A stretch of 64,000 bases of DNA, taken from contig CAVTBU010000005.1 of assembly GCA_963733035.1 (NCBI GenBank), forward strand, positions 32,001 through 96,000. Reading direction: 5' to 3'. Below are positions 42,917 through 53,903 of the stretch, piece by piece. Source of the DNA: Pirellulales bacterium. GTDB taxonomy: Bacteria > Planctomycetota > Planctomycetia > Pirellulales > PALSA-1355. Positions within the stretch are counted from its first letter, which is position 1. Each line of letters begins with the position of its first letter. Made by a program: the position numbers and the translations under genes. Below the pieces are notes generated by a model. The model ran no database searches and was not told where the DNA came from. It saw only the letters and a list, made by a program, of their open reading frames with translations.

Positions 42917-43520
42917 TCATGTTCCACGCCAGGTTTCAAAATAGATCGCCGGCACCTTGGCTTTGGCAGCGATACTTCTGATCGACTGTGGAACCAAATT
43001 GTACGTCGATTCATCGGCCACGAATCCCATCTTTGCGGTACTCGGAATATCAGCATCAACACAGCGTCTGATCCCCACAAGCGTGTAGCTGCCGAGCCGC
43101 ACATGCAGGCACTTTAATAGCCTTCCTCGCTGAGGCTCATTCAATCCCGTCCACAACACGACCTCTTTAAGTCGTAGATTTGGCAGTTTTCGTCGTGGCC
43201 CAAATGGCATCGCCGTGCCCATTTGCGTCAGCCATGTTCTTATTCAGTCTCTTGCTGGAACTGGTCGATCCATTTGTCGTCGTCCGTTTGGAAGCGAGCG
43301 TCCTTGAGGTGCTGGATTACCGTGCCATTGGTCAGTTCGCCCAACGCCCAAGTTCTGAAGACTACCGAAGGACGAGCCGGCATGTTGCGCAACGAGCGAA
43401 AAGTGTTGCTTCCGACCGAATGAATAACGATCTCTTCAAGCGACTCTTTGCGTTCGGCGAACCATTTCTCGATCAGCGACTTGCTCTTTGAAAGCCATTA
43501 CACAATTCCTTGCGCATTTC
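42917..43520 (-). pseudogene. Degraded hypothetical gene
   Basis: Protein-like pieces (KLPNL..LHV..SYTL..VPAIYF) broken by stops and frameshifts; boundaries approximate. Confidence 0.3.
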
Positions 43521-43859
43521 GGAAATCGTAGGGACCAGATTTGCTCATTTGCATACCTGATTGATGAATGACGGTGTGCCAATATGATGGCTGACCAACT
43601 GGGCTTCGGTAATCTTCTCAAATTCAACAAAATCTGGGTTTTTGACCGCCACCCCATCCGAAACCCGCTTTCTCGCAGTCCCTGAATTCGGTCGCATTTG
43701 ATGCCAATAGAGGGCGTTTGTCAGAGCCACAAAGAAGAATTTGGGCGTTCACCAACAGGAAGCCACCAGGAGTCCCTTTGCTCGGCAGGTTTTTCAAAAG
43801 AGTTGATCGATTAACAATTCTGCAACACGAGCCCAAGTTTACTTGTACAGCTCACGCCT

Positions 43860-44054
43860 ATGAAATCCTCTGACATAGCCCGTGACCACCAAACCGTCGA
43901 ACAAGATCGCATCCGAGCAGTCGTTCACGAGCACGAAAGCCAGCGAGCCTCTCTCTTCAAGAAAGAAGTGCTGCCCAGATTGGGCATCGTCGGGATGCTT
44001 GCGGGCTGGGCACTGGTGAATTCCCTGAACCGATTGTTCAAGGATCGTCAATGA
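43860..44054 (+). CDS. Small membrane protein
   Basis: 64 aa, one TM segment, coupled to the ATPase. Confidence 0.5.
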   Translation: MKSSDIARDHQTVEQDRIRAVVHEHESQRASLFKKEVLPRLGIVGMLAGWALVNSLNRLFKDRQ

Positions 44055-44932
44055 CGAGATACGTCGAAATCTACCAGCCCGAGCTCTGGTTCTTCCCGCC
44101 CGACGATCCGCCGCCAAGTAAAGAACAGCGAGCATGGTGGGTCTCGCTGGAAAACACCGCCAACCCCCTCAGCACGTTCGTTGGGCACGATGCAGCAGTC
44201 CGCCGCCTCGGTCGCATCGCATTCCAGGCATTCGCTCGCCACAACCGTGAATGCCGTGACCATTCTTTTGCCCTGATCGGACCTCAGTCGTGCGGCAAGG
44301 CAACTTTGGCTCGACTTTTCGGCGAACTTGTTGGGCTGCCATTCGTCGAGATCGATTCCAGTATCTGCACCGATCTCAGTGATATCGCCGTTGCCATTGC
44401 CCAAGTTCTCGAAAACATCCCCGTCACGGGCGATGAGAAATACAGCAGCCTGGAACTACAAGACCTCGGCGATGGGAAAATCGTGATCCCGCCATGCATC
44501 GTGTTCATCGACGAGGTCGATCAACTGCCGAAGAAGGTTCAAGTGGAGTTGCGGCGAGCCATCGAAGGTCATTTCGAATCTAATGGATGGAAGTTCGATA
44601 GCAGTGCCGTTTGTTGGATCGTTGCCACGACCGAGTATACCTTGCCCGACGGATTCGACAGGCTGACTAGAATTGTGCTGAAGCCACTCAGCGTTGACGA
44701 AGTAAGTCGGGTTGTCGCGCTTCACAATCCCGATTTCCCGCCCGAGGTCTGCCATTTCATCGCCCAGCATGCAGGCACGCCACGAGATGCTTTAGCATTT
44801 GCCAGTGAGGTTCGAGCTGAGCATGAGATGGGCGCCGATTTGAAGGCTGCTGCATCGACCGTGGCTCGGGACTGGGGCGCCCAGCAGCCAGCGCCATGGG
44901 CAAATCGGCTGAAGCTGAACGGACGGAACTAG
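44051..44932 (+). CDS. Divergent RuvB-like AAA+ ATPase lacking the winged-helix tail
   Basis: FVGH, GPQSCGKA, FIDEVDQL, IVATT and GTPRDAL motifs. Confidence 0.75.
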   Translation: MTRYVEIYQPELWFFPPDDPPPSKEQRAWWVSLENTANPLSTFVGHDAAVRRLGRIAFQAFARHNRECRDHSFALIGPQSCGKATLARLFGELVGLPFVEIDSSICTDLSDIAVAIAQVLENIPVTGDEKYSSLELQDLGDGKIVIPPCIVFIDEVDQLPKKVQVELRRAIEGHFESNGWKFDSSAVCWIVATTEYTLPDGFDRLTRIVLKPLSVDEVSRVVALHNPDFPPEVCHFIAQHAGTPRDALAFASEVRAEHEMGADLKAAASTVARDWGAQQPAPWANRLKLNGRN

Positions 44933-45348
44933 CGCCATTACGGAAGCAGCGAACAACTTAGGTCATCTCCGGACCAGCCATTTGAGCGTTTTTGTTAGCT
45001 CACCGAAGCTGTTGCACAATATTCAACAAATCGCCACCTTCTAGGATCATCGTGTCCCCAGAGCGGTCGACTCGTAGACTTGCAAATGCTTCGTCTGGAT
45101 GGGCGAGCAGGACCAAACGTGGTTTGCTCTTTGTGCCCGACTTGTTTAGACGCTGCGTCCATGCCGGGAATTGTCCTGAACCGCTACTTCACACTGTCGC
45201 TTTGCGCCAATTAAGCGACGGACCTCAGCGCGAGTCCAGCTCGTCGATTCGGATGGTTCGCCATCGGTGCGGTACCAGATTCCGTCGCTATCCTCAAGCA
45301 CATCTGGCAATCACCCTACTGCGCCGGCTAGTTTTTATTTTGTCGCCA

Positions 45349-45990
45349 TTATTTGAACTCCTCCAATTCACCGTTGCACTCTTTTCGAACCGCAATTGCC
45401 GCCCCCATGTATGTCCGCGCCTCGGATAATAGAGAGGCAACAACTTCGGCAGGAGCCATTTCGACCTCGGCCTGCTGGTTCCAGTGACGCTGATACATCT
45501 CGATTGCCATGTAGGTCCACGACACATCGTGTTCAGCGCAGTTTCTTACGTTAGCATATTCTGCCAGTTCCGCTGCGACCTCTCGGGTGAAGCCCTGCAG
45601 CCGTATGTTCGGTTCTTCCTGCCAGGGGGTCAGCAAGGGCAACTCAACTGTTCCGTCTGCGTCTACAGGGGCATAGGTGCCAACTACAATCGGTATCACG
45701 ACGTAACCGATAGTGGACTTCGCGGCGAACCACGCTTCCTGGGCGATGCACTCGCGCAAGTTCGACCTGTATTTCTCGTCCATGAAGTTCGGATATTCCG
45801 ATTCCAGTGACTCGATGCTTTCAACCTTCCAACGGCCAACCCGACACTTGTTCAGCAGGTCGGCGATTTCCTGGGCGTGCTCGGCCTTGTCGAAGAAGAA
45901 GGCTTTGCCGCGGCAGCCGGCAGTAACCTCCGGCATCGTGTGCTCAAGGGCTTCGTCAAAATGAGGCGGTCTTACAACTACGTATTTCAT
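45349..45990 (-). CDS. Hypothetical protein
   Basis: 213-aa ORF with AAGGA RBS. Confidence 0.6.
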   Translation of the reverse strand: MKYVVVRPPHFDEALEHTMPEVTAGCRGKAFFFDKAEHAQEIADLLNKCRVGRWKVESIESLESEYPNFMDEKYRSNLRECIAQEAWFAAKSTIGYVVIPIVVGTYAPVDADGTVELPLLTPWQEEPNIRLQGFTREVAAELAEYANVRNCAEHDVSWTYMAIEMYQRHWNQQAEVEMAPAEVVASLLSEARTYMGAAIAVRKECNGELEEFK

Positions 45991-46373
45991 GATTTCTTTC
46001 CTTATTTGGAATTGTGACTCGGCGCCACCGTTCGTCATCTAGCGCAACACAACGACGGATGCGAGAGGCGAAGGAAGCATCCCAGGACTCAAGCGAGAGT
46101 GGCTGGGGAGACCGGAGAGAGCCGGATCTCAGTTAAGAAGGTCTTTCAACGTTGCGGTAAATGTATCATGAGCTTAAGTCGGATGCAACACCAACTTGTC
46201 GTGCGGCCATTGCACATGCAGTAAGCAACTTTGATCAAGACCAAAGTCCGCGACGAGTGCTGATGACGAACTTGAGGAAGGTGAATTGTCTCTTTGCAAA
46301 AATCAAAAACAGGTTTTTCAAAACACCGTGACTTGTTCGATGTCTTTCGGCGTGATCTCGGGGGCTTCGGCTT

Positions 46374-46634
46374 TCAAACGTCGAAATGCCGTTCAATGAA
46401 CCTGCCTACTCGTTTACGGCTCCAATGAAATCCGCTGCCCTTGCGACGGATTGCCAGTCCTTCTTCGAGCGCCTTCCGAGTCGGTTCGCCGTAGCTTCGG
46501 TAACCAGCCTGCTCCAACTCACCGATCAGGGTGCGCAACGGAACGCCGAACTCCCAGGCGACATGAGTTAGACATTCATACGTTTCCGATGTATTGTGCT
46601 CAGTCTGCTCCATCCGTCCTCCTTTCTCGCTCAA
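46374..46634 (-). CDS. Small hypothetical protein
   Basis: ORF with AGGAGG before the internal ATG. Confidence 0.45.
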   Translation of the reverse strand: MSEKGGRMEQTEHNTSETYECLTHVAWEFGVPLRTLIGELEQAGYRSYGEPTRKALEEGLAIRRKGSGFHWSRKRVGRFIERHFDV

Positions 46635-46826
46635 GTTCGGTACCGAGTTGGATTTTCAGCTTCTCCGCCACTAGGGCAATTTCGGGTAGCGACCACAGTC
46701 GCCGCCCACCGACACGAAGACTGGGCTCGGGAATCTTTTCCGAAGACGGTGAAAGCCCTCCCAGGCGTCAAAACCAAGAGAGACCTGGACGGCGGCACGA
46801 TTGGTTGCATCACCGATTGATCAAAC

Positions 46827-47018
46827 ATGCCTTTCGACCTTCATATCGGCATCGACTATTCGGGCCGGGAGACACCAACCTCTCGTACGCCTGCATTGCA
46901 CGTCTACGCAGCCTTCGACGACGATTAGTCTCGATCCATTCCAACGCCATCATCGCCAGCGAGGCTGTATAAGAACTGGTGCCGCAAGGACATTGCCGAA
47001 TGGTTGATCATTCGGGCT
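46827..47018 (+). pseudogene. 5' fragment of an IGIDYSG (RNase H-like/DUF429-like) gene
   Basis: MPFDLHIGIDYSGRETPT...KNWCRKDIAEWL with one internal stop; cut at the att-like motif. Confidence 0.55.
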
Positions 47019-47032
47019 CAGGTTCAAATCCT
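47019..47032 (+). other. att-like T-loop motif CAGGTTCAAATCCT
   Basis: Identical to 1745-1758; similarity between the two integrase loci ends here. Confidence 0.7.
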
Positions 47033-47055
47033 CGCGCCTTCTGCGCCCCCGCACC

Positions 47056-47844
47056 GCAATACCCCACCCTCTCCACTTCCTCTGCCAACTGGTTCCCACT
47101 CCGTTGCGAATACCTGCTCGTCGTCTGCAAATTCTCGTGCCCGAGCAGCTGAGCAAGCGACACGAGATCGTTCCCAGTGTCTGCCAGGAACTGCTTGGCA
47201 AACGTGTGCCTAAACAAGTGCGGATGCAGCCGAACTCCGACCAATGCCGAATACTTTTGGCACAACGCCCTTACGCCATCGTCAGTGATAGGACCTCGCT
47301 CGCCAATAAAGACTTTGCTAGAAACCGGAGGGCGAGTCTCCAAGTATTCCTGCAGCGCCCGACGAGCCGGCAAGGGTAACGGCACAGTCCGCTGCTTGCC
47401 GCCTTTGCCATGCCGAAACACCACGGAACCAGACCGCTCCCCGATCATGAGATCCGTCAGTTCAAGATTCACAAAGTCAGACACCCGGCATCCCGTAAAG
47501 AGCAACAATCCGAAGATTGCTGCAGCCCGAATGTCCTGCCGCAATTCAATCTCACGCAGTAACCTGCGAACGTCAGCACGTTCAAGTCCCTTGGGGGCAA
47601 GTTGTTGCCGCCGCAGTTCCTTCACGCCCTTGGCTGGGTTTGCCTCCAATCGCCCTTCAACCACCAACCACTCGAGGAACCTGCGGATCATCACCAGTGC
47701 ACGGTTAATGCTGGCGACCGCCTGCCTTCGCTCCCGGTGCAGATGATTTCGAAAATCCACGACGTCCCGCAGCGTCGTTCTTTTCACAGTGAAAGGTTCT
47801 CGATTTGCCTCGTCGAACCAACGCGCGAACTTCCGCAGGTCGTT
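47056..47844 (-). pseudogene. Tyrosine recombinase (integrase 2), 5'-truncated, stop codon lost
   Basis: Very similar to integrase 1; TGA changed to TGC after RVGY. Confidence 0.88.
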
Positions 47845-47932
47845 TCCGGCTGACGCTTACTCCGCGTCAGCGTTCGTGACTGGCTTGACTTCGCTATTGA
47901 AGCGAATACTGGCATTCTGTACACTATCGCGC

Positions 47933-48317
47933 ATGAATACTGACGGTGCAACCACCAGCGTGTACGCAGAAAACCTGCGCCGCCTCATGGCGAGATCGGG
48001 GTTTACCCTGGCGCAGACCGTGGAAATCACCGGGGTTTGTGAGCACACAATCAAAACGGTGCTTTGCGGTCGCCGCAAGCCTCATGCTCGCACACTGCAT
48101 CGACTTGCAGCCGGGTTTGGTGTTTCTCCCGATGAGTTTTTTCGCGACATACAAGACGGGGCTGGCGCGTGACCCGATCGTTGCCGATCAGGTTGTTCTC
48201 GAAAAAGTGACTCGCTTGCTGAACACAGAACAGCGAGCTCTCCTGGCGAATTTCGTAGACGTGCTGTACGAGCAAGCATGCGACGAAGCCAATGATCACA
48301 CCCATGTGACCGTGTAG
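47933..48317 (+). CDS. XRE-family HTH regulator, frameshift near 48160
   Basis: AENLRRLM..KPHARTLHRLAAGFGVSPDEFF. Confidence 0.75.
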
Positions 48318-48329
48318 TCGCCTGTTCTT

Positions 48330-49997
48330 CTATTTTGTCGGCTTCCAGTTTGCGTTCCTCATACGCGCTGGAATTTTGCTTGCGGCAAGATCGAACTCAG
48401 CCCGATCGAAACAGATTTCGCTGCTCCCTGTGACACAATCGGTGAATGGCGGTCGCAAGTGGACTTTTCCCGTGGAGATTTTTGATGCGCCGGGCATCGT
48501 CGGGTGACGAGCGAACCAGACATCAATGCGCTTGACTAAACCACGGATCGCAATGCAGAGCAAGTCGATATCACCTCCGCACAAGGCGACCCGAAACCGT
48601 GCCGCTTGCCCCATGACCTCGGCCACCAGTTTCTCTGAGGCGCCTTGCTCGGTATTGATCTTTGCTGGCTTTCCAAACGGCAAATCAGTTCCGGCAAATG
48701 CTTGGATTTCCTCCAAGGTATCTATCGGTTGCATCCGCAGGCGAGACTCCAGGTCACGGTCGAGCACGCGTTCCGTCAACAGATCGACAATCAACCGCTG
48801 AAGGATGGGCTGTGAGATCGAGCGTGGGCGACAGACGGTTCGTCCCTTAGTGTGGTACGTCGGACACTCAAGTCGCCGGTAATACACGACTTTGTCTTTG
48901 CGGATATTACGGTGATGATTGACGTTCAACGTCGTGCCACAATGACCACAGACCACCAAGCTCTTCAGGGGATCGATGACAGGTGAAGGCTTCCTGCGGC
49001 GCTGTTGCCGGAGCCTCGCTTGAACGCGGTCAAACTGTGCCCGCTCGACGAGGGCCGGGTGGACATTCTTGACGACAACCCAGTCGGACCGGTCGTTGGC
49101 AATGCGGCCGCGCGTGCGATACCCAAACTTCTTCGTAAACGCAGCCTCTAGCACAATCTCTCCGCCAAGCAGGCCCGCGTATTTTCCAACGTGTCGACGA
49201 TTCCAGACCCGATCGCCTACGTAGACTGGATTGGCCAAAATCTTACGAATCGTATCGGAACTCCAATGGTGGCCCTCCGGCGACGGTACCCGCCGTCGAT
49301 TCAGCGAGACGGCCAATCCCCGGATCGACATCCCTCGATCGTACGACCTAAAGCGCCACCGCACGGTCCGAATAATCGAGGAGTCGAGTGTCGGTACCAG
49401 GCTACCCGTCCACTCTTTGGGTTTTGATAGCTTCTGAAGCGGAGCGAGACGCCGGACTAATTCGCCTCGCTCATCGAAGATCAATTTGTTGTAACCATAC
49501 GGAATCTTCCCGACATGAAGACGACCTTCAAGGGCGCGCTGATGTGCGCCTCGGAGAATGCCACGGGCCAGGTCGACCAGGAACGCGTGTTTCGCCTCTT
49601 GCTGAATCGTATAGATCAGCCGTCCGATGGCATCGTTCCAGGTGATTTCCCCATCCGTCACGGTTACCAGTTCAATCCCGGCGCGGCGAAGGGGACCAAT
49701 CCATTCTCCCGCCTCGATTGAATCGAATCGTCCGAACCTGTCCTGTGACCAGCACAGGATCGTCTCAAACGACTTCCTTTCAGCGTCAGCCACCATGCGT
49801 CGAAACGCCACACGCCGTCTGATGTCATCGCCAGATACGGCCAAGTCTTCGTACCACCGGACGATCTCATAGCCACGACGCTGGGCAAGCTTCTTGATTT
49901 GATCCCGTTGCTGTCTTGGACTCGACTTTTGCATCTCGCTCGACATTCGGACGTAGCCGACGGCGCGCCGCTTCGATTTGGCCCGGTTCGCACGCAT
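48330..49997 (-). CDS. Large serine recombinase
   Basis: AVGYVRMSS..Q, DRFGR, PYGY, ILANPVYVG and Zn-ribbon CGHCG..C..C. Confidence 0.92.
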   Translation of the reverse strand: MRANRAKSKRRAVGYVRMSSEMQKSSPRQQRDQIKKLAQRRGYEIVRWYEDLAVSGDDIRRRVAFRRMVADAERKSFETILCWSQDRFGRFDSIEAGEWIGPLRRAGIELVTVTDGEITWNDAIGRLIYTIQQEAKHAFLVDLARGILRGAHQRALEGRLHVGKIPYGYNKLIFDERGELVRRLAPLQKLSKPKEWTGSLVPTLDSSIIRTVRWRFRSYDRGMSIRGLAVSLNRRRVPSPEGHHWSSDTIRKILANPVYVGDRVWNRRHVGKYAGLLGGEIVLEAAFTKKFGYRTRGRIANDRSDWVVVKNVHPALVERAQFDRVQARLRQQRRRKPSPVIDPLKSLVVCGHCGTTLNVNHHRNIRKDKVVYYRRLECPTYHTKGRTVCRPRSISQPILQRLIVDLLTERVLDRDLESRLRMQPIDTLEEIQAFAGTDLPFGKPAKINTEQGASEKLVAEVMGQAARFRVALCGGDIDLLCIAIRGLVKRIDVWFARHPTMPGASKISTGKVHLRPPFTDCVTGSSEICFDRAEFDLAASKIPARMRNANWKPTK

Positions 49998-50402
49998 TGG
50001 AGGAGATCCCATTAAGGGTAGTTGTCGTAGATGGCGATTTATTTCCGCACCCGAAAACGGTACAAACAACCGCGAGCAACGCGAAGTGGAAAGATTCGCG
50101 CTAGTTCAACGTCTCCGTGCCCTCTATTCGGTGCGCTGGAGCGATGAGAGAGCCGCAACGAAGCTAGTGTGTGTGGGATCGGACGAAGACCTCGATCTAG
50201 GTGGTTCGGTGATCTGTCGCTGGGCGTCGTATTTCTCTAACCGCCACTATGAGCCTGCTGCTCGGTCGGGCCTCCATTGTCCAGCGAAGTGATCCGGCCA
50301 TCGGACCAGACGTGCAAGTTCACTCGCATCGCATCGACCATCGACGAAGGTAGAGGGACAAATCGCAGTCCCACTTCTTTGCTGTCCGCCTTTTTGTGGT
50401 CG

Positions 50403-53057
50403 TTAGCGGTCTGTTGGCTTATCTGAACGTGCTTTCTTCGTTGCGAGCTGAAACCGTGGATAAAGCCAAAAGCTCCAGTCACTGCTACCGTTTCCCAACT
50501 CGCTGACGCTGAGCCGCAGTTTCTCGGCACCTCGCGGAATTTCGACTGTGATTGGCACAAGTGCAGTTTTGCCGGTCCTGAAGATTGGATTGGGCAGATT
50601 GTCAACGCGCACCTGGAATTCAACGCTCCCTGATCGCAGGCAATAGCCGATTGCAGAAAATGAGACCGCTCCCGATGGTATCTCGTAGTCGACTTCCGAA
50701 GGGGCATGCGCGAACAAGAACTCGTCGCAATGCTGCTCCTCGTCAACGTCAAGCGGTGGGAGGACCGACTTCGGTACCGCGTTGACGCCAAGCCGGTCGT
50801 TGTTCCTGTTGTTTTTCACTTCCACCCATTCCGGCGTGGCTCGCACGCGACCAGCCAACGGAATTGCTCTTTTCGCGCGAAATATCGTCGGATGCAGCCA
50901 AAACGCGGGCGCCTCTTTGCCCTCGATTTGCATCAAGACATAGCGATCGGCTGGCTCAAACGACGCGTTAATATTGGCAATGCGGCATGGATCACTCTCG
51001 AATACGAGTCGCAAATTCTCCCCTTGTTTGTCCGATGCAAAAATGCGATACCGCTGTTTGTCCATGGAATACCCCACTGCCGTAAATCGACGAGGCACCG
51101 TAGATCCCCCCTTGGGCAGTTCGTAGACCAGTTTTGATGGTGCGTGGGCATAGATGAATTCATTGCATAATTTGGTGTCGGCCGTAATGGCTAACGGCCA
51201 ATCGTCAGGAAAGATCCAGTTAACGCGGAACTTATCCCATCCGACGCTCGGCGTAACCAGCGGCTGCTGGTAGGCAAGCTTGACAATTCCTTCCCTTTCC
51301 AGCGCCGCCTTGACATCTGGTGCTTCGGGCAGTGCTTCTAGGGTGATCTGGCGAATCCGCTGGACTGTGTTGTTCGCACCCAAGAAAAGGTTTTCACCTG
51401 GCGAGATCCGAAAGTACCGGGGCAGCGATAGCTCTTTGCTTTCACCGATCCACTCAACCGCAGGCATCCCGTTCACCATGACGACCACGCTGCCGGGATA
51501 GACCTCGCACATAACCGTATACGTTTGCTTGTCACCCAAAATGTCTTCAAAGTCCCTGCGGGTTGCATTTTCGGCAGCGAGTTTTTCATTGACGCATGAC
51601 AGGCCACAGATCCTTTTGCCCCAAGCATCAATCATTACCACTACTTGTTGGCCATTTACAACCAAGCCGACGAATAGATCGTCGCCTTCGTCGCGCTGGC
51701 CGGCGACCGTTAGGCGGTAGGCCGGTGGAGGGACCACTGGAATCCGCAGCAACGTATCGGGTTCTTTTGGTGACACCAGTTCGTTGTTCTCAAGAGTCCA
51801 CTTGATAACAGTGCTGTCGCGCTTAGGGTCGATCAAACGCAACAAGTCGACCTTCTTCCCGACTGGAAACTTTGGCGGTGCATCGGCGGCCCCCCCAGCC
51901 ACCTGGGCGCTCGTAACGGGTGTGGCCTGGGCAATCTCGAGTTGCGCTGATGCCGCTTTCTTGACCTGGTCCTGCGTTTTGCCGATTTGCTTCTCCTGGT
52001 CGCTCGTCGCACGAACTGGCCGCCGGTCGGCTTCGGCTCGTTCCACGTCATTGTCCTCTGGATGCGACTTCTTAGTGTGCGACGGGCTTTCGGCAGGCGC
52101 TCTTGCAACGTCATCCGTGCGACCGACAGCCGTCGACTTGTCCGAAGTGGAATGCTCCGCAACATGTTGGCTCGTGTCCATGGATTTCGCGGCAGCAAGC
52201 CCCGGCGCCGAAGTTGCAGCGTCGCGCGGCCGATCTCTGTGTGACGGCGATTCTGGCACCTTCTTCTGCTGATGCGGCGGGAGAACCGAATTGACACGGA
52301 CTGTCGAGGCATCGAGCTTCGGACTTATTGCGGACGTCGTTTCGCCGCGGTGCAGCGCCTGAGCGCTGCCGAGAATGATCACCGCAACAACAATGCTGGC
52401 GGCGATGCCGATCAGCCACGATCGCCTCGAGTGCATCGACTTCGCCCAGGAGGGACTCTCCTCGGTCAGTGCCGTTGCCGCGGCCCGATCGTCCGTTGAT
52501 TGCTCCGACGTTGACTCCTGGTGTTGGTCCACTTCCAGTTGTGTTTGCTGTTGTGGCCGCTCCGGTGGCAACGCTGCCAGTAAGTTGACGGCCGCAATCC
52601 GGTGGGTTCCCAAAAAGACGAAATCAGTCGGCGTCAGCGGAGCGCGGGTGATCTTGTTCATGGGGTCATTGAGCGCCGTGCCGTTGGTCGAGTTGAGGTC
52701 GACCAGGAATGTTTGCCCGCCTTCGCGTTCGACCCGGGCGTGATGGCCCGACACCGCATCGTAGGGGATCACGATGTCGTTGTCCGGCGCTCTACCGACC
52801 GTGACGGCGCTCGATGGCGCCGGCCAGGGCAACGGAATGCTCCCGCCGAGAGTCACTCGGTCGCCGCGCCAAATAAGGCACTGCCCGTGAATACGTTCGT
52901 CATCGATAAACGTACCGTTCGTGGAATGCAGATCTTCGAGCAAAAAGCCCTCGCCTCGCGCCGTCAGCCGGCAATGCTTTCCTGAAACGACTGAACTTTC
53001 GACCCGGAGATCGCAGTCGGGCAGGCTGCCAACAAGCCAAGTACGCTCGGTCATCAT
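50403..53057 (-). CDS. Double-FHA, membrane-anchored protein with extracytoplasmic beta-sandwich domains
   Basis: Two G(R)..S..H..DL.STNGT motifs, a TM segment and repeated AHAPS (NPCBM-like). Confidence 0.85.
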   Translation of the reverse strand: MMTERTWLVGSLPDCDLRVESSVVSGKHCRLTARGEGFLLEDLHSTNGTFIDDERIHGQCLIWRGDRVTLGGSIPLPWPAPSSAVTVGRAPDNDIVIPYDAVSGHHARVEREGGQTFLVDLNSTNGTALNDPMNKITRAPLTPTDFVFLGTHRIAAVNLLAALPPERPQQQTQLEVDQHQESTSEQSTDDRAAATALTEESPSWAKSMHSRRSWLIGIAASIVVAVIILGSAQALHRGETTSAISPKLDASTVRVNSVLPPHQQKKVPESPSHRDRPRDAATSAPGLAAAKSMDTSQHVAEHSTSDKSTAVGRTDDVARAPAESPSHTKKSHPEDNDVERAEADRRPVRATSDQEKQIGKTQDQVKKAASAQLEIAQATPVTSAQVAGGAADAPPKFPVGKKVDLLRLIDPKRDSTVIKWTLENNELVSPKEPDTLLRIPVVPPPAYRLTVAGQRDEGDDLFVGLVVNGQQVVVMIDAWGKRICGLSCVNEKLAAENATRRDFEDILGDKQTYTVMCEVYPGSVVVMVNGMPAVEWIGESKELSLPRYFRISPGENLFLGANNTVQRIRQITLEALPEAPDVKAALEREGIVKLAYQQPLVTPSVGWDKFRVNWIFPDDWPLAITADTKLCNEFIYAHAPSKLVYELPKGGSTVPRRFTAVGYSMDKQRYRIFASDKQGENLRLVFESDPCRIANINASFEPADRYVLMQIEGKEAPAFWLHPTIFRAKRAIPLAGRVRATPEWVEVKNNRNNDRLGVNAVPKSVLPPLDVDEEQHCDEFLFAHAPSEVDYEIPSGAVSFSAIGYCLRSGSVEFQVRVDNLPNPIFRTGKTALVPITVEIPRGAEKLRLSVSELGNGSSDWSFWLYPRFQLATKKARSDKPTDR

Positions 53058-53071
53058 CACGTATCCTCGGA

Positions 53072-53889
53072 TCAACTTGGAAGTCGGAACAGAAACTGCT
53101 GCTCGCCCAGCAGGAATCGACAAGTGCGGGCCAGCGCCAAGTGCTCGATCCTCAGCCACACGCCGTTGAGTGACTTGTTGTTTTCGAGCTTCCAGCGGCC
53201 TTCCTTGTCTTGCAGAATTCGCGCGTGACGCGCGCTGGCGAATGGATCGTCCGAGAGCACCAACTGGCAATAGCTGCCGTCCTTTCCCAGCCAAAAGTCC
53301 TTGGGACTGATTATCCGCGCTGCCCATTGCCGTTGACGTTGACCACGACGATGGCCGGCGCGAGCTCCTGGCTGGCGCTCTGCCACAGCCGCGTGCCCTG
53401 TGCGGCGGGATTTGATTGGCCGTCGGCGGTGTTTTCGACTCGAGGATGCTCAAACCGCAGTCGCGTGCGGCCCACGATGAACTCCTGTCCGTGTTCCAGC
53501 AGCGCATGGCCAATGCGCACGAAAGTGCCGTTGGTGCTCTTGAGATCGACCAAGTGCCAGCGGTGCTTTTCCTTGGAGAACGTGTGGCGCAGCTCGGCAT
53601 GGCGGCCGGACATTTGCCCATCGTGCGAGATCAACAAGTCACCCTCGGTGCGTCCCATGACGAACCGATCCTTGCGAATACGCACCGTCTCGCCATCGTC
53701 GGCGCCGTCATCCAGCACCAGCAGCGTGGGCGTCGGAGGCCGCTCCGTCGGATGGAACAGCGGCGGAGAGTCGTCGGCCGGCGCCGGCTCGCGCTGCGCG
53801 GCCACCTTCGGGCCCGGCGCCTTGCGATATTTCAACAGCGCCTGCCGCACTTCGTCGTCGCTTTCCAGTCGAGTCGTCGCGATGTCCAT
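53072..53889 (-). CDS. Double-FHA protein, frameshift near 53320
   Basis: MGR..SGRHA..DLKSTNGT and LGK..SARHA..SLNG. Confidence 0.82.
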
Positions 53890-53903
53890 GGAAGGAACCT
53901 CGT

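Noticed and set aside
50403..53621. 1072-aa protein
   Set aside because: Over-extended into the upstream FHA gene; the real start is near 53057.
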